From Legionellales bacterium (lineage in GTDB: Bacteria > Pseudomonadota > Gammaproteobacteria > M30B25): DNA of 64,000 bases. Made by a program: the position numbers and the translations under genes. Numbering within the stretch: the first letter of the stretch is position 1; each line of letters begins with the position of its first letter. The notes below the pieces were generated by a model, which ran no database searches, had not been told where the DNA came from, and saw nothing but the letters and a program-made list of their open reading frames with translations. Location of the stretch: NCBI GenBank assembly GCA_047404175.1, contig JBDOIW010000002.1:22499-86498 (forward strand), given 5' to 3'. Positions 37,906 to 49,264 of the stretch are shown piece after piece.

Positions 37906-38544
37906 ATGGCAAGAGTAGCCTTTTCGTTATTAGTGCTCTTGATCATGTTGATTGCTGGAATTTGGTATCTTCAGCCTAGTTGGTTTCTTATTCAAACCAT
38001 CGATGTGAAGGGTGCTTTGTATGAAGATGCCTCGTCAATAGAGCGGCAGCTTGAGCCTTTAATTGGGAAGGATTTGCTACATCTTAAGGAGCGCCAGGTC
38101 GCAGAAAAACTAAGCTCTTACCTATGGATTAATAGTTGGCGAATGCGTAAGCATTTTCCGCATGTGCTCACGATTTCTATTAGCCCAAAGAAGCCTATTG
38201 CAAGATGGCATGAGCAGTGGGTTGATGAGCATGCTTCTACTTTTTCTGCGGGTGATTTTGACGGAAGTTGGATGACTTTAGAGGGTCGAAAAGAGGATTT
38301 ACGTTTGTTGGTCAAACAGTGTAATGCTTGGCAGCATAGCTTGCAGGAGGCAGTCATTAAGCGTTGTGCTTACCAAGAAGGCCAGTGGCAAATATTACTT
38401 GATTCAGGGCAGCATGTTCAGCTAGGTAGTGAGTTTTTATACGAAAGGGTAGATAAGTTGCGTTTCATTTTACAAGCGACTCAAGCCTGGAAAGCATGGC
38501 GTGTCCTTGATTTGCGCTACCCTCACGGTTTTGCCTATCATTAA
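37906..38544 (+). CDS. ftsQ: cell division protein FtsQ (short form)
   Basis: The TM helix sits right at the N-terminus ('FSLLVLLIMLIAGIWYL'), followed by a POTRA-like 'IQTIDVKGALYEDASSIERQL'. Conserved slot between ddl and ftsA. Confidence 0.8.
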   Translation: MARVAFSLLVLLIMLIAGIWYLQPSWFLIQTIDVKGALYEDASSIERQLEPLIGKDLLHLKERQVAEKLSSYLWINSWRMRKHFPHVLTISISPKKPIARWHEQWVDEHASTFSAGDFDGSWMTLEGRKEDLRLLVKQCNAWQHSLQEAVIKRCAYQEGQWQILLDSGQHVQLGSEFLYERVDKLRFILQATQAWKAWRVLDLRYPHGFAYH

Positions 38545-38644
38545 TCTATACAATTGCAATAAAATCCATTGTTCTTCATGTGATTCTTGAAGTATACTGA
38601 AACTACTTTAGCCATAATGATAAAAAAAGCCTCGAGGCAAAGCT

Positions 38645-39868
38645 ATGAGCAAAACAAAATCCAATTTGGTCGTTGGTCTTGATATTGGTACCACAAAAAT
38701 CGTCGCTCTTATTGCTGAAATTGCAGAAGACGATGAGGCTGTTATTCTTGGTACGGGAGTTCATCCCTCTAATGGCCTTAAGCGTGGTGTTGTTGTTAAT
38801 ATTGATGCCACTGTGCACTCCATTCGGCGCGCAATCGAAGAAGCTGAGTTAATGGCAGGAGTGAGGGTCTCAGAAGTAGTGGCAGGTATTTCTGGTAGTC
38901 ATATTCGAAGTTTAAACTCGCATGGGATTGTCGCTATTCGTGATAAAGAAATCACACAGTTTGATCTTGATTCAGTCATGGATGCAGCCAAAGCAATTGC
39001 CATTCCCTCTGACCAAGATATTTTACATGTACTTCCAATGAATTACCGTATTGATGAGCAGGAAGGGGTGCGTGAGCCACTAGGGATGTCTGGTATTCGT
39101 CTAGAATCTTCGGTTCATATCGTTACGGGCTCAGTTTGTGCCGCACAAAATATCATCAAGTCTATTGATCGTTGTGAGTTAGGAGTGGGGGATATCGTAC
39201 TTGAACAGTTGGCATCCAGTTGTGTTTTGCAAGAGGATGAAAAAGAGCTTGGAGTTTGCGTCATTGATATCGGTGGAGGCACCACTGATATTGCTATTTT
39301 TTCTGCAGGAGCCGTAAAGCATACAGCTGTGATCCCTATCGCTGGTAGTCAGGTCACCAATGATATTGCGGTTGCCATGCGCATTCCTTATCGTTTTGCA
39401 GAAGAGGTTAAGATCAAAGAGGCTTCATTGCTACGAGATCAGCGTCATGAAAACGCTGAGGTAAGCTTTAATGATGCGGATAATCAAGAGCGTGTTTTAT
39501 CCAAGAGTATGTTGGTAGATGTTGTGCATGCTCGCTATGAAGAACTATTTAGCTTGATTAAGTCCTCGTTGCAGCGAAGTGGTTTTGTGCAAGATATTGT
39601 ATCCGGGATTGTCCTAACGGGAGGTGGTGCAAAAATTGAGGGGGCATGTGCGTTAGCTGAGTCCATTTTTCAGGTGCCTGTCCGTGTAGGGTGTCCCTCC
39701 GGTATCAAAGGGCATGATAATATCGTGACCAACCCGATTTATGCCACTGGTGTTGGTTTAGTGTTGCACGCAAAGGAACAGCGTCAGCAGCAAAATCAAG
39801 TAACCCTCTTTAAGGGGGCAAAAGGAATAATGAAACGAATGGCGCAATGGTTTGAAAAGAACTTTTAA
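38645..39868 (+). CDS. ftsA: cell division protein FtsA
   Basis: 'VVGLDIGTTKIVALIAE', 'VCVIDIGGGTTDIAIF' and 'GIVLTGGGAKIEG'. Confidence 0.97.
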   Translation: MSKTKSNLVVGLDIGTTKIVALIAEIAEDDEAVILGTGVHPSNGLKRGVVVNIDATVHSIRRAIEEAELMAGVRVSEVVAGISGSHIRSLNSHGIVAIRDKEITQFDLDSVMDAAKAIAIPSDQDILHVLPMNYRIDEQEGVREPLGMSGIRLESSVHIVTGSVCAAQNIIKSIDRCELGVGDIVLEQLASSCVLQEDEKELGVCVIDIGGGTTDIAIFSAGAVKHTAVIPIAGSQVTNDIAVAMRIPYRFAEEVKIKEASLLRDQRHENAEVSFNDADNQERVLSKSMLVDVVHARYEELFSLIKSSLQRSGFVQDIVSGIVLTGGGAKIEGACALAESIFQVPVRVGCPSGIKGHDNIVTNPIYATGVGLVLHAKEQRQQQNQVTLFKGAKGIMKRMAQWFEKNF

Positions 39869-39940
39869 AGGCAGTTGGTCTCTTGAGTCTTGTTGGGAAC
39901 TTTTCTATGATAATAATAGATAATGATTGGAGAATAATAA

Positions 39941-41155
39941 ATGTTTGAGTTAAGTGATGCAGGAAATGAAGGCGCAGTCATCAAGGTGATTGGTGTCGGT
40001 GGCGGCGGAGGCAACGCGCTAGAACACATGATTCGAGAGCGTGTACAAAACGTTGAGTTCATTTGTGCTAACACAGATGCTCAGGCGCTTAAAAATTCGC
40101 AGGCATCTCATGTGATGCAGCTTGGTGAGGAGTTGACTAAGGGGCTTGGTGCAGGTGCTGATCCTCAGATCGGTCGCCAGGCTGCAGAAGAAAATCGTGA
40201 TCGTATTCGCGAACTTATTGCTGGTGCTGATATGGTCTTCATTACTGCAGGTATGGGGGGAGGAACAGGAACAGGTGCTGCGCCTATTTTTGCCCAAATT
40301 GCAAAAGAACTTGGTATTTTAACGGTTGCGGTTGTGACAAAGCCTTTTATTTTTGAAGGTAAAAAGCGCATGCAGCTAGCTGAGGAAGGTTTGCAGGCAC
40401 TAGCACAACATGTTGATTCTCTTATTGTGATTCCTAATAACAAGTTATTAGCTGTGCTTGGAAAAAATATTACACTGCTTAATGCTTTCAAGGCTGCTAA
40501 TAATGTATTGCTTGGTGCTGTACAGGGGATTGCCGATCTTATTACCCGTCCTGGTTTAATAAACGTTGACTTTGCTGATGTGCGTACTGTGATGTCTGAA
40601 ATGGGTATGGCCATGATGGGTAGTGGTGTTAGTGCAGGAGAAGAGCGCGCAAAAGAGGCCGCTGAGTCTGCGATTTCCAGTCCTTTGTTAGAAGATGTCA
40701 ACCTTGTGGGGGCTTGTGGCGTGCTTGTCAACGTTACTGCAGGTATGGACATGTCTATTGGTGAATTTGAAGAGGTGGGTGAGGTTATTCGTTCGTTTAC
40801 CTCTGAAAATGCTACGGTGGTTGTTGGGACCGTAATTGATCCTGAAATGACAGACGAATTAAGAGTGACTGTCGTAGTAACAGGACTGGGTGATGCAGAG
40901 GGTGCGCAGCTTGAAACAGAGGTGGAGAGTGCTACTGCGGTAGCTCAGCCAGAGGCAGTTGCTGAGGTGCAAGAGAGAGAAGAAGCAGCTCCTAAGCAGA
41001 GTGATTCGTCTTTATACGCTCCTACGGTTGAGGGTCAAGGCACTGCGCCTGTCTCTAATCAAGCTGTTAAAGTTGCAGATACTTCTGAGGAGTCTCAAAT
41101 TGATTACCAGTATCTAGATATTCCAGCCTTTTTAAGAAAAAAAGACTCCGATTAA
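39941..41155 (+). CDS. ftsZ: cell division GTPase FtsZ
   Basis: '[13 protein letters not shown]', the tubulin signature '[12 protein letters not shown]', and the C-terminal peptide '[11 protein letters not shown]'. Confidence 0.98.
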   Translation: MFELSDAGNEGAVIKVIGVGGGGGNALEHMIRERVQNVEFICANTDAQALKNSQASHVMQLGEELTKGLGAGADPQIGRQAAEENRDRIRELIAGADMVFITAGMGGGTGTGAAPIFAQIAKELGILTVAVVTKPFIFEGKKRMQLAEEGLQALAQHVDSLIVIPNNKLLAVLGKNITLLNAFKAANNVLLGAVQGIADLITRPGLINVDFADVRTVMSEMGMAMMGSGVSAGEERAKEAAESAISSPLLEDVNLVGACGVLVNVTAGMDMSIGEFEEVGEVIRSFTSENATVVVGTVIDPEMTDELRVTVVVTGLGDAEGAQLETEVESATAVAQPEAVAEVQEREEAAPKQSDSSLYAPTVEGQGTAPVSNQAVKVADTSEESQIDYQYLDIPAFLRKKDSD

Positions 41156-41395
41156 GGTGCGCTAGGGTACGCCTATATGGCTTTGCTATGAAGAAGTGCC
41201 GAAGCGAGAGTAGGTGTTGCTGAGGCTGTGTTTTATTGTGGTGAGTAGGCCTGAATGGAGTATACATACATAGTATGTAGAAAAGTAGTACGTTAACGAG
41301 TGGTGTTTGCCTTAATAATCTAGGGAGATGTTCTAATTGACTCTTCCCTCTAAAATCGTTAGTCTATGATGTGATTAAAATAGTAGGTTAATGTC

Positions 41396-42358
41396 ATGGT
41401 GTATCAAACGACATTGAGTCATAGTGTTTCTGCAACGGGTGTAGGTCTACATCATGGGAACAAAGTATTCTTAACAATCAGTCCTGCGCCTGAGAATACA
41501 GGCATTGTATTCAGGTTGTATGATAACTTGGACCATGATCCTGTTGTTGAAATTCCAGCTCGCTCAGAATATGTAGGGGATACCCTTTTATGTACGACCT
41601 TGGTAAAGGACGGTCATCATATTATGACTGTTGAGCATTTGCTCTCAGCTATGTCTGGATTGGGGCTTGACAATGCTTATGTTGATCTAACTGCACCCGA
41701 AGTGCCTATTATGGATGGCAGTTCTGCGCCTTTTGTGTTTCTTATCCAAAGTGCAGGCATTCAAAAACAAAAAGCACTAAAAAAGTTCATTCGTATCAAC
41801 AAGCGAATTGTGGTCAAAGAAAACGATAGTGGCTCGCCTAAAACACCGGTTGCCTTATTGGAGCCCTTTGAGGGCTTTAAGATGGATTTTACCATCGAGT
41901 ATGATCACCCTGTGTTTGGTGGTAAGCCTCAGTCTGCTTCTTTTTCATTTTCTACAGCAAGTTATGCCAAATATATAAGCCGAGCAAGAACCTATGGTTT
42001 CTTAGAGGACTATGAGAAACTGCGCGAGCGAGACTTGGCCTTAGGTGGAAGCTTGGATAATGCAGTGGTATTAGATGCTTTCAAAGTGATGAATGAAGAC
42101 GGGCTTCGTTATCAGGATGAGTTTGTGCGTCATAAAATGCTTGATGCACAAGGTGATCTTTATCTTTTGGGGGCTAACATTATTGGTGCCTTCTCAGGAT
42201 ATAAGTCTGGACATACGCTTAATAATAAGCTTATGCAGGCATTAATGGCTGATCCTAGTGTATGGGAATATGTTACCTTTTCGGCAGATACGACTGAAAA
42301 AAGCGCGCCACTGTTATTTGGTACAGGCTTTTTTGAAAAAGACCTTATAGAAGCGTAA
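41396..42358 (+). CDS. lpxC: UDP-3-O-acyl-N-acetylglucosamine deacetylase LpxC
   Basis: '[10 protein letters not shown]', '[21 protein letters not shown]...[12 protein letters not shown]' and '[18 protein letters not shown]'. Confidence 0.97.
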   Translation: MVYQTTLSHSVSATGVGLHHGNKVFLTISPAPENTGIVFRLYDNLDHDPVVEIPARSEYVGDTLLCTTLVKDGHHIMTVEHLLSAMSGLGLDNAYVDLTAPEVPIMDGSSAPFVFLIQSAGIQKQKALKKFIRINKRIVVKENDSGSPKTPVALLEPFEGFKMDFTIEYDHPVFGGKPQSASFSFSTASYAKYISRARTYGFLEDYEKLRERDLALGGSLDNAVVLDAFKVMNEDGLRYQDEFVRHKMLDAQGDLYLLGANIIGAFSGYKSGHTLNNKLMQALMADPSVWEYVTFSADTTEKSAPLLFGTGFFEKDLIEA

Positions 42359-42477
42359 TATAACTTTTTACAGTGATATTATATTTGCTAGGCTGCTGAA
42401 GCTTGTCGTCAGGCCAAATTTTTGTACCAATTTCCTATCTAAAAGACTTTTCATAAATTAATTGTAGTATTACAGCG

Positions 42478-42906
42478 TTAGCTTTTTTCGATGCCGGCAT
42501 TGGCTAGTTGCTTAAGTGATTGTTTTAGATTTTCATGGCGAATAGTCTGTGCGGCCATAGTCAAGTTGTCACGCGCTTTTTGAGATAGCTGGCGTTTAAC
42601 TTTGTTTGTAGCCTGGTAGGGTGCAATAGAAGGCATGATTTTCCACTCTATATCAAAGCATTGGGGTAAAAGCTTCTGACATAAGTTAAGAAAGTGCATT
42701 TCGTAGCGTTTGGCTTCCATCATAAGGCTTGCGTTTTTGCAGCCGATAACAATCTTATTCTCTGTAAAATTAGCAACTTGACAGAAATCAGTGATGTATT
42801 GAGGAATGGTGGGATGAAGCGTGTGATTGAGCTGTGTCAGTGTGTGAGTTTTGTTAAATAACTTGCGTAGATGCTGATGGTTGAGATAAGATTGTACGTC
42901 AAGCAT
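42478..42906 (-). CDS. DUF721/DciA-like protein
   Basis: About 140 aa and divergent from secA, a position I remember for DUF721 genes in other gammaproteobacteria. The pattern '...LPQYITDFCQVANFTENKIVIGCKNASLMMEAKRYEMHFLNLCQK' fits the family loosely. Confidence 0.45.
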   Translation of the reverse strand: MLDVQSYLNHQHLRKLFNKTHTLTQLNHTLHPTIPQYITDFCQVANFTENKIVIGCKNASLMMEAKRYEMHFLNLCQKLLPQCFDIEWKIMPSIAPYQATNKVKRQLSQKARDNLTMAAQTIRHENLKQSLKQLANAGIEKS

Positions 42907-42974
42907 ACCAAATATGTGGGTGATAAGATTGTGTTCATTGCATCACACACGCTAAGAAAGATCAAGGGGATGCC

Positions 42975-45635
42975 ATGGTAGCATTATTGAAAAAAGTTTT
43001 CGGCACGCGCAACGACCGCGTTGTCAAACAATATCTTAAGAAAGTCAAAGTCATTAACGCTCTTGAGCCTACTATGCAGGGTTTATCAGATGATGCTGTG
43101 CGGAATACTGTTGAAGAGCTTAAGCAGCGCTTTACACAGGGCGTTGATTTAGCTGAATTATTGCCAGAAGCCTTTGCCCTTGTCAGAGAGGCAAGTGTGA
43201 GAGCCTTAGGTATGCGTCATTTTGATGTACAACTAGTCGGTGGAATGGTCCTTTTTGATGGTAATATTGCAGAAATGCGCACTGGTGAAGGTAAAACATT
43301 GGTAGCAACCTTGCCTGCTTTTTTAATGGCCTTACAAGGCAAAGGTGTTCATGTTGTTACGGTGAATGATTATCTTGCACAGAGGGATGCTGATTGGATG
43401 TGCCCTGTGTTTGAGTTTCTAGGGTTGCAGGTTGGTGTTAATATCGCTGGTATGGGGCTAGCCGATAAAAAGCAAGCTTATGAAGCTGATATTACCTATG
43501 GTACCAATAATGAATTTGGCTTTGATTATCTTCGTGACAATATGGTGGTGGATCTATCACAAAAAACCCAGAGGGGACATGCTTTTGCCATTATTGATGA
43601 GGTGGATTCTGTTTTAATTGACGAAGCCAGAACTCCTTTGATTATTTCTGGTGCTCAGCAGGATGATGCAGCTGTGTATGAGCGAATGAATCAGTTAGTT
43701 CAGCATTTAACCTTGCAAGAGACAAGTGAAGAAGAAGCTGAAAATGATACGGGTGATTTCACGCTCGATGAAAAAAATCAGCAGGCTCATCTAACTGAGC
43801 GGGGGCATGAGCATGTTGAGTCCTTACTGGTCAAGTTAGGATTTTTGCAATCAGGTCAAAGCCTGTATGATCTAGGTAATATTACGCTGATGCACCATGT
43901 TCAATCTGCTTTAAGAGCACATTATTTGTATAAGTGCGATGTTGATTATGTTGTGAAAGACGGCGCTGTAGTGATTGTGGACGAACATACAGGTCGCTTG
44001 ATGGAGGGGCGTCGTTGGTCTGAGGGCTTGCATCAAGCCGTTGAAGCGAAAGAAGGCGTGAAAATTGAGTCTGAAAATCAGACGCTTGCAAGTATTACCT
44101 TTCAAAACTATTTCAGAATGTATGATAAGTTGTCTGGTATGACAGGGACAGCGGACACTGAAGCATTTGAATTCCAGCAAATTTATGGGCTTGAGGTGGT
44201 GGTCATTCCTACTAATGTGCCAACTGTGCGAGATGATTCTTCTGATTGTATCTACATGACTCAGGAGGAAAAATACGAGGCGATCATTGAGGAAATTAAA
44301 AGGGTACATGCGACCGAGCAGCCTATTTTGGTTGGAACAGCATCGATAGATTCTTCGGAGCATATTTCAGCTATGCTTAAAAAGTTTAAGATCAAACATC
44401 AGGTTCTTAACGCTAAAAATCATGAAAATGAAGCTAAAATTGTTGCTCAGGCAGGGGCCCCAGGAGCTGTGACTATTGCCACCAATATGGCGGGGCGTGG
44501 TACAGATATTGTGTTGGGTGGTAATATCAAGGTTGAGCTTGATGATGCGTCAGAAGAAACTCGTATGCAACTTACAGAACAGTGGCAAGCAAAGCAGGCT
44601 AAGGTTTTAGAGGTGGGAGGGCTTTACGTGTTGGGGGCCGAGCGCAATGAGTCTCGCCGGGTGGATAATCAGTTGCGTGGTCGCTCAGGTCGCCAGGGTG
44701 ATCCTGGTTATACGCGCTTTTATTTAGCCCTAGAAGACGATTTAATGCGCATTTTTGCTGGTGATCGTTTGAAAGGGATGATGCAGCGTTTTGGAATGGA
44801 GCGAGGTGAGGTGCTGCAAAGTTCAACGGTGACACGGGTGTTAGAAGGGGCGCAGCGTAAGGTTGAAGGCCATAATTTTGATATGCGTAAGCAGCTGATT
44901 CAATATGACGACGTGACTAACGATCAGCGACGTTTAGTGTATGGCCAAAGAAATGATGTGTTAGAGCAAGAAGATGTTTCTGATCTTGTGGGTCGTATGA
45001 TGCAGCAAGTTGTAGCTCATGTGGTGGAGCAGTTTATGCCTGAGGGAAGCTTTGAAGAGCAGTGGGACGTTGCAGGGCTTGAGCGCATGCTTGCGAGTGA
45101 CTTTGCTTTGAATCCTTCAGTTTCAAGTTGGTTAGAAGACAAGTCTCTAGGAATTGAGGGTGTTGTTGAGAAGCTTTTGCAAACATTTGAGCAGGCCTAT
45201 GCCGCAAAAAAAGCGCGCTGGGGCTCTGAGGTTTCCTCTCAGTTAGAGAGAAATATTGTACTGCAAATGATGGATATTCACTGGAAGGAGCACTTGGGGC
45301 AATTAAATTCACTGCGTCAGGGAATTTATCTTCGCAGTTACGCGCAAAAAAATCCAATGCAGGAGTTTAAGCGAGAAGCGTTTGATCTATTTGAAAAGAT
45401 GCTCACTTCTTTGCGTCAGATGATTATTGGCGTATTGCTAACTGCAGAAATTAATACGAGTGAAGTTAATCCAGAAGAAAAGTCTGTGCCCACGGGGCCT
45501 AGAATAGCTGCTGCGAATGAGGCCTCTCTTGAGGTTCCTATGTTCAGTGGGGATGTGCCAAAAGTGGGGCGTAACGAACTTTGTCCTTGTGGTTCTGGAA
45601 AAAAATACAAGCATTGTCATGGTAGGCTAGTATAA
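42975..45635 (+). CDS. secA: preprotein translocase ATPase SecA
   Basis: '[15 protein letters not shown]', '[21 protein letters not shown]', '[11 protein letters not shown]' and the C-terminal zinc finger '[14 protein letters not shown]'. Confidence 0.98.
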   Translation: MVALLKKVFGTRNDRVVKQYLKKVKVINALEPTMQGLSDDAVRNTVEELKQRFTQGVDLAELLPEAFALVREASVRALGMRHFDVQLVGGMVLFDGNIAEMRTGEGKTLVATLPAFLMALQGKGVHVVTVNDYLAQRDADWMCPVFEFLGLQVGVNIAGMGLADKKQAYEADITYGTNNEFGFDYLRDNMVVDLSQKTQRGHAFAIIDEVDSVLIDEARTPLIISGAQQDDAAVYERMNQLVQHLTLQETSEEEAENDTGDFTLDEKNQQAHLTERGHEHVESLLVKLGFLQSGQSLYDLGNITLMHHVQSALRAHYLYKCDVDYVVKDGAVVIVDEHTGRLMEGRRWSEGLHQAVEAKEGVKIESENQTLASITFQNYFRMYDKLSGMTGTADTEAFEFQQIYGLEVVVIPTNVPTVRDDSSDCIYMTQEEKYEAIIEEIKRVHATEQPILVGTASIDSSEHISAMLKKFKIKHQVLNAKNHENEAKIVAQAGAPGAVTIATNMAGRGTDIVLGGNIKVELDDASEETRMQLTEQWQAKQAKVLEVGGLYVLGAERNESRRVDNQLRGRSGRQGDPGYTRFYLALEDDLMRIFAGDRLKGMMQRFGMERGEVLQSSTVTRVLEGAQRKVEGHNFDMRKQLIQYDDVTNDQRRLVYGQRNDVLEQEDVSDLVGRMMQQVVAHVVEQFMPEGSFEEQWDVAGLERMLASDFALNPSVSSWLEDKSLGIEGVVEKLLQTFEQAYAAKKARWGSEVSSQLERNIVLQMMDIHWKEHLGQLNSLRQGIYLRSYAQKNPMQEFKREAFDLFEKMLTSLRQMIIGVLLTAEINTSEVNPEEKSVPTGPRIAAANEASLEVPMFSGDVPKVGRNELCPCGSGKKYKHCHGRLV

Positions 45636-45650
45636 AGGTATGGGGTAGAA

Positions 45651-46034
45651 ATGGATATTATTCGTGTTGCCTTAGGGATTGTCATGCAGGATGGGCGCTG
45701 CTTGGTAGCTAAGCGTTTAGAACAAGGGCCTTTTGAAGGGCTTTGGGAGTTTCCTGGTGGAAAGATAGAGCCTAAAGAGTCCTCTCGCCGAGCACTTGCT
45801 CGTGAGCTTGAGGAAGAGGTGGGTATTGTGCCACAGGAGGTTGACTATATTACCCAAATTGTCCATGCCTATGAGGACCGAAAGGTCGCACTTGATGTTT
45901 GGCGCGTTAATACGTTTTCTGGGGAGGCTCGCGCTTGTGAAAACCAGCCTTTGCAGTGGGTTTTGCTAAAAGATTTAACGGATTTAGCGCTGTTACCTGC
46001 GAGCCGTGAAATTTTGCCATTTCTTAAGGTTTAA
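45651..46034 (+). CDS. mutT: NUDIX hydrolase, MutT-type 8-oxo-dGTP diphosphatase
   Basis: Nudix box 'GGKIEPKESSRRALARELEEEVGI'. 127 aa, downstream of secA as in E. coli. Confidence 0.85.
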   Translation: MDIIRVALGIVMQDGRCLVAKRLEQGPFEGLWEFPGGKIEPKESSRRALARELEEEVGIVPQEVDYITQIVHAYEDRKVALDVWRVNTFSGEARACENQPLQWVLLKDLTDLALLPASREILPFLKV

Positions 46035-46151
46035 TCTATAAGTATCAGCTCTTACAGTGGATTTTACTAAAGGACTGAACTGGTTTAGCGCTAGTGCCGA
46101 CGGGTTGTGAAATCTCGCTATTTATTGAAGTTAAATCATCATCTGTGCGAT

Positions 46152-46943
46152 TTAGGCTTTGGCAAGAACTGGCCCATAGCATAGCTTGATTTGACAAGTG
46201 ATGGCCTCTTTGCAGTGATTAAGTGAGGCTGATTTGCTGTCAAGTCGTTGAAGGCGAATGCTAAAGCGTTGCGGGCCTACGCTAATTTCGGGATATACTG
46301 GGTTTTGCGCTTCGAAAGGAATCACTAGGCGCATGAGTTGCCCAGCATGATTGCTGTCAAGGCTCTGTTGGTAGAAGCCATCTTGGATCATAACGGTTTC
46401 ACTATGGGCGCTAGAGCGTGTTAGCATAAGAATTAATGCATTCGCTGCTTGAAGATGCTGGTAAGCTTTTAGCCATGACTTTATCTGAAGTTCTTGCTCT
46501 AGTGTGGGTTTTTGTAACCAAGCTTGATAGGCTGGCAAGTTAAAAGGACATTCTCCTGCTGGCATGCTCAGTCTTTGGCGAATGCTATTTAAAAACTCAT
46601 TTTCACGCAGTTCCTGGCCGATACGCCCAGGTTGGCTATGCAGGATATCAATAAGAGTGTCTAGCTCGGTAATCATAGAGCTAAGTTTTTCTTTATCGAT
46701 ATTAGGATTTTTTTCTAATAGGCTTAGGTGCTCAGCATGAGAAGACAGTGTCTTTACTAATTTTGTGCGTAAGTCAGGGCGTTCAGTGATGCTAAGTATA
46801 TCTAGCATGGCGCGAATAGTTTGTCGGCTATCGGTAGTATCACAGCCTTCCTTGATTAATCCAAACAAGTATTCTAAGCGAAGGCAAATACGAATGAGTT
46901 CGTTTAGGGGTTGTTCGTAAGTAATCATAGCTTTATTCGTCAT
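46152..46943 (-). CDS. zapD: cell division protein ZapD
   Basis: 'ITYEQPLNELIRICLRLEYLF' resembles the ZapD N-terminus. About 260 aa, downstream of coaE as in the E. coli coaE-zapD(yacF) arrangement. Confidence 0.85.
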   Translation of the reverse strand: MTNKAMITYEQPLNELIRICLRLEYLFGLIKEGCDTTDSRQTIRAMLDILSITERPDLRTKLVKTLSSHAEHLSLLEKNPNIDKEKLSSMITELDTLIDILHSQPGRIGQELRENEFLNSIRQRLSMPAGECPFNLPAYQAWLQKPTLEQELQIKSWLKAYQHLQAANALILMLTRSSAHSETVMIQDGFYQQSLDSNHAGQLMRLVIPFEAQNPVYPEISVGPQRFSIRLQRLDSKSASLNHCKEAITCQIKLCYGPVLAKA

Positions 46944-47142
46944 TATTGTTCTTGTGAGTAAGCACTCTCTGATACTTACTATAGCAATATCATTCCCTGT
47001 TTAAAAGAGTTTGCTATCATATTCTATCCCCTTCTTTTTTTTCTTTGTGTTGTCTTGTTTCTATGATGGTGAAAAGTCATTATGAATAGAATGATAGGCT
47101 TCTGTGTTTTAGATCAAGTGATGTCGAAAAGATATTTTTAAA

Positions 47143-47766
47143 TTATTGCTTTTTCTGGTCTTTGTTTTTTTTATGCTCTGAAAGTGAAAGGTAGAGTTCG
47201 TGTTTTTTACGAATTGAGCGTTTGAGTTGTTGGGTTGAACCTTGGTTGATGATGATATCATCAGCAATGGCAATACGCTCTTGGCGTGAAGCTTGTTGCT
47301 TGATGCGTTGTTTTGCTTGTTTGCTACTTAAATGGTCGCGTTGCATAAGTCGTTCAAGTTGGGTGCTAGGTTCAATATCAATCACCAGTATACGATTAAG
47401 GTAGGGGTGAGGCATGGTTTCTGCTAAGAGTGGAATCATGCAAATAATATAAGGCCCTTTGGATTGCATAATTTGACGCTGCATGGTTTGCCTTATTTTG
47501 GGATGTAAGCAGTTCTCTAGCCATCGTTTTGCTTTTGTGTCATTGAATATAATATCTGCAAGGTAAGCGCGATTGAGTGAGTTATCTGCTTGTAGGCAAG
47601 AGGGGCCAAAGTACTCAACAATTGCCTGGTAGGGAGTTTGATGAGGTTGGCACAGCATTCTGGCGATAGCATCTGCATCAAGGATGGTCACATCGTGACG
47701 AGCAAAGAGGCGTGCAACAGTGGATTTGCCGCTACTAATACCGCCTGTTAACCCTACCGTAAACAT
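47143..47766 (-). CDS. coaE: dephospho-CoA kinase
   Basis: 'FTVGLTGGISSGKSTVARLF'. ATG at 47766; the ORF track starts 27 nt further upstream. Lys-rich C-terminal tail. Confidence 0.92.
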   Translation of the reverse strand: MFTVGLTGGISSGKSTVARLFARHDVTILDADAIARMLCQPHQTPYQAIVEYFGPSCLQADNSLNRAYLADIIFNDTKAKRWLENCLHPKIRQTMQRQIMQSKGPYIICMIPLLAETMPHPYLNRILVIDIEPSTQLERLMQRDHLSSKQAKQRIKQQASRQERIAIADDIIINQGSTQQLKRSIRKKHELYLSLSEHKKNKDQKKQ

Positions 47767-47841
47767 ATTGCTCTCTCCTAGAGTAGCTTGCACTCGCCAT
47801 TATCAAGCTATTGTGAGTTGGTTTTTTATTAAGTTTTTAGT

Positions 47842-48276
47842 TTAAGGCAAAAAAGCTTGTTTTAGAAGTATAATTCCGGTTGCAGCCGTTAAATAGGGAA
47901 TAAAAGCAAGTGTTGTTTCTTTGTGAGCTTTGCTAAGCCAATGAAGACAGGCTAGGCAGCAGGCTGATGCAAAGATTTGGTAGGCCACCCAAGTGTGTGT
48001 GGCACTGCCAATGAGGCCAAGGGTTAAGCTATCGCCAAGCCCTAGGCCTCTTTTTTTTCTTACAAAGAAATAGATACAATCACATAGGTAAGGGATTGAA
48101 AAGCTGGTGCATGCATGTATTCCTTGTAGTAGCCAATGGTCACTCAATAGCAAAATGATCACAACAGACAGAATGATGGGGTGCAAGGGGATACTTTGGT
48201 GGCGGTAGTCTTCGTGGCTTAAGTACAGTAAGGTAAGGCTTAGGCTAAACAGTTTGGCTAACAAGGTGTTCTCCAA
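47842..48276 (-). CDS. A24-family aspartic (prepilin) peptidase, short form lacking the N-terminal methyltransferase region
   Basis: First Asp motif 'LSHEDYRHQSIP', second Asp motif 'GLGLGDSLTLGLIG'. Polytopic. It occupies the pilD slot upstream of coaE but is only 144 aa, against about 290 aa for PilD. Confidence 0.65.
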   Translation of the reverse strand: MENTLLAKLFSLSLTLLYLSHEDYRHQSIPLHPIILSVVIILLLSDHWLLQGIHACTSFSIPYLCDCIYFFVRKKRGLGLGDSLTLGLIGSATHTWVAYQIFASACCLACLHWLSKAHKETTLAFIPYLTAATGIILLKQAFLP

Positions 48277-49264
48277 GTTGGGTCATGGGTTCATAGAGAC
48301 TCTGTGCTAGCCAGATAATCAAGCTGGCATTGCTTAGCTGCAGTATAGGTGGTAGCAGGGTGTTAATCCATGAGGCTCTAAGATGGTGTTGTTGCTCTAG
48401 TTGCTTGATGGCAATATCAAGGTGCTCTGATTGTCCTGTTTGCGAATAGTTCTTAAAAGCCTGCTTCATCACTTTCGGCATTGATTGGCTCATCATGCAG
48501 CTTTCCTCAAGTGTATAGCCTTGCTGAAGGCGCCAAGATAGGCTGCGTAATTCTTGATGGAGAATACTGTGTTGAAAAAGGGTTTCACTCATAGATATGG
48601 CTTTGGCCAAAGTAATGGAGGCTTGAGTCATGTGTTGCAAAGTGATCAGCCATAGATAATAGTGATGAGCACTTATTAGGGTTCTAATCAGGGGGAGTTT
48701 TAGCACGTGTCTTAGGTGTTTTGATCGCCGAGGTTTAAAACGATAGAACAAGCCAAGACCTGCCACGGATGTGATCATAGTCTTGGGTAAGTGATGTTCA
48801 AAAGTGTTTTGTAAGTGTGAAAGCTGTTGAAGTGCTGGGGGTGTTTTGCCCAGGCTAGAAGTTAGTTCTTGAAGCGTGGGTGTGATTGTGAGAATAAGGC
48901 TTAAGGCTAAAAAACAGCTTAGTACTAGATTGATTAAAGGAGTTGATACTGCCTGGCGTCTATTTTTTTGGTGTTCTGCGTGTTTTGTGAGGATAAGGTG
49001 AGCTTGGCGTAGGCAGCTCCCAAGTGAATGAGACTCTTCGCCAAGTTGAATCATCATGATAAGGGTGGGGTGAAGATCCCCTTTAGCAGCCTGGCTGAGA
49101 AAAAAACCTTGCTCAACGCGATGCAGAATGCGCTGAGCCTGTTTTTTGTAAGTGTGTTGCGATGTATGAGCAATATCATGTAAAGCTCTGGTCAAAGGAA
49201 TGTTTTGTTCTAGTGCTAGCCCTAGTTGTTCGGCAAATGCAATGTTGAGGCAGAGTTTTTTCAT
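48245..49264 (-). CDS. T2SS-F/PilC-family inner-membrane platform protein, divergent and N-terminally short
   Basis: There are two GspF-type repeats. The first is 'LEQNIPLTRALHDIA....RVEQGFFLSQAA....IMMIQLGEESHSLGSCLRQ'. The second is 'QASITLAKAIS....RLQQGYTLEES.....NYSQTGQSEHLDIAIKQL'. Synteny with the peptidase and coaE. The start is ambiguous (ATG 49264 or TTG 49300). Confidence 0.6.
   Translation of the reverse strand: MKKLCLNIAFAEQLGLALEQNIPLTRALHDIAHTSQHTYKKQAQRILHRVEQGFFLSQAAKGDLHPTLIMMIQLGEESHSLGSCLRQAHLILTKHAEHQKNRRQAVSTPLINLVLSCFLALSLILTITPTLQELTSSLGKTPPALQQLSHLQNTFEHHLPKTMITSVAGLGLFYRFKPRRSKHLRHVLKLPLIRTLISAHHYYLWLITLQHMTQASITLAKAISMSETLFQHSILHQELRSLSWRLQQGYTLEESCMMSQSMPKVMKQAFKNYSQTGQSEHLDIAIKQLEQQHHLRASWINTLLPPILQLSNASLIIWLAQSLYEPMTQLGEHLVSQTV

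Noticed and set aside
40165-40752. 195-aa antisense ORF inside ftsZ. Similar antisense or out-of-frame ORFs occur in secA (43911-44363, 45034-45357), sspA/sspB (14294-14746), feoB (3598-3891), lpoA (18472-19392), murB (36033-36671) and the 909-aa gene (22831-23100).
   Set aside because: All are embedded in confidently identified genes on the other strand or in another frame. Their translations are low-complexity (Ala/Ser/Pro/Ile-rich or Cys/His-rich), with no start context or recognisable motif. These are typical shadow ORFs.
42359-42477. Possible rho-independent terminator after lpxC ('GGCTGCTGAAGCTTGTCGTCAGGCC' followed by AAATTTTTG).
   Set aside because: The stem pairs only imperfectly (GGC-TG / CA-GGCC with internal mismatches). 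I could not compute folding energy, so confidence is too low to list it as a feature.
46035-46151. Search for yacG (a small Zn-ribbon gyrase inhibitor) downstream of zapD, and for secM upstream of secA.
   Set aside because: The 117-bp gap has no ORF with a Cys-x2-Cys pattern. secM is restricted to enterobacteria, so its absence is expected. I found nothing to annotate.
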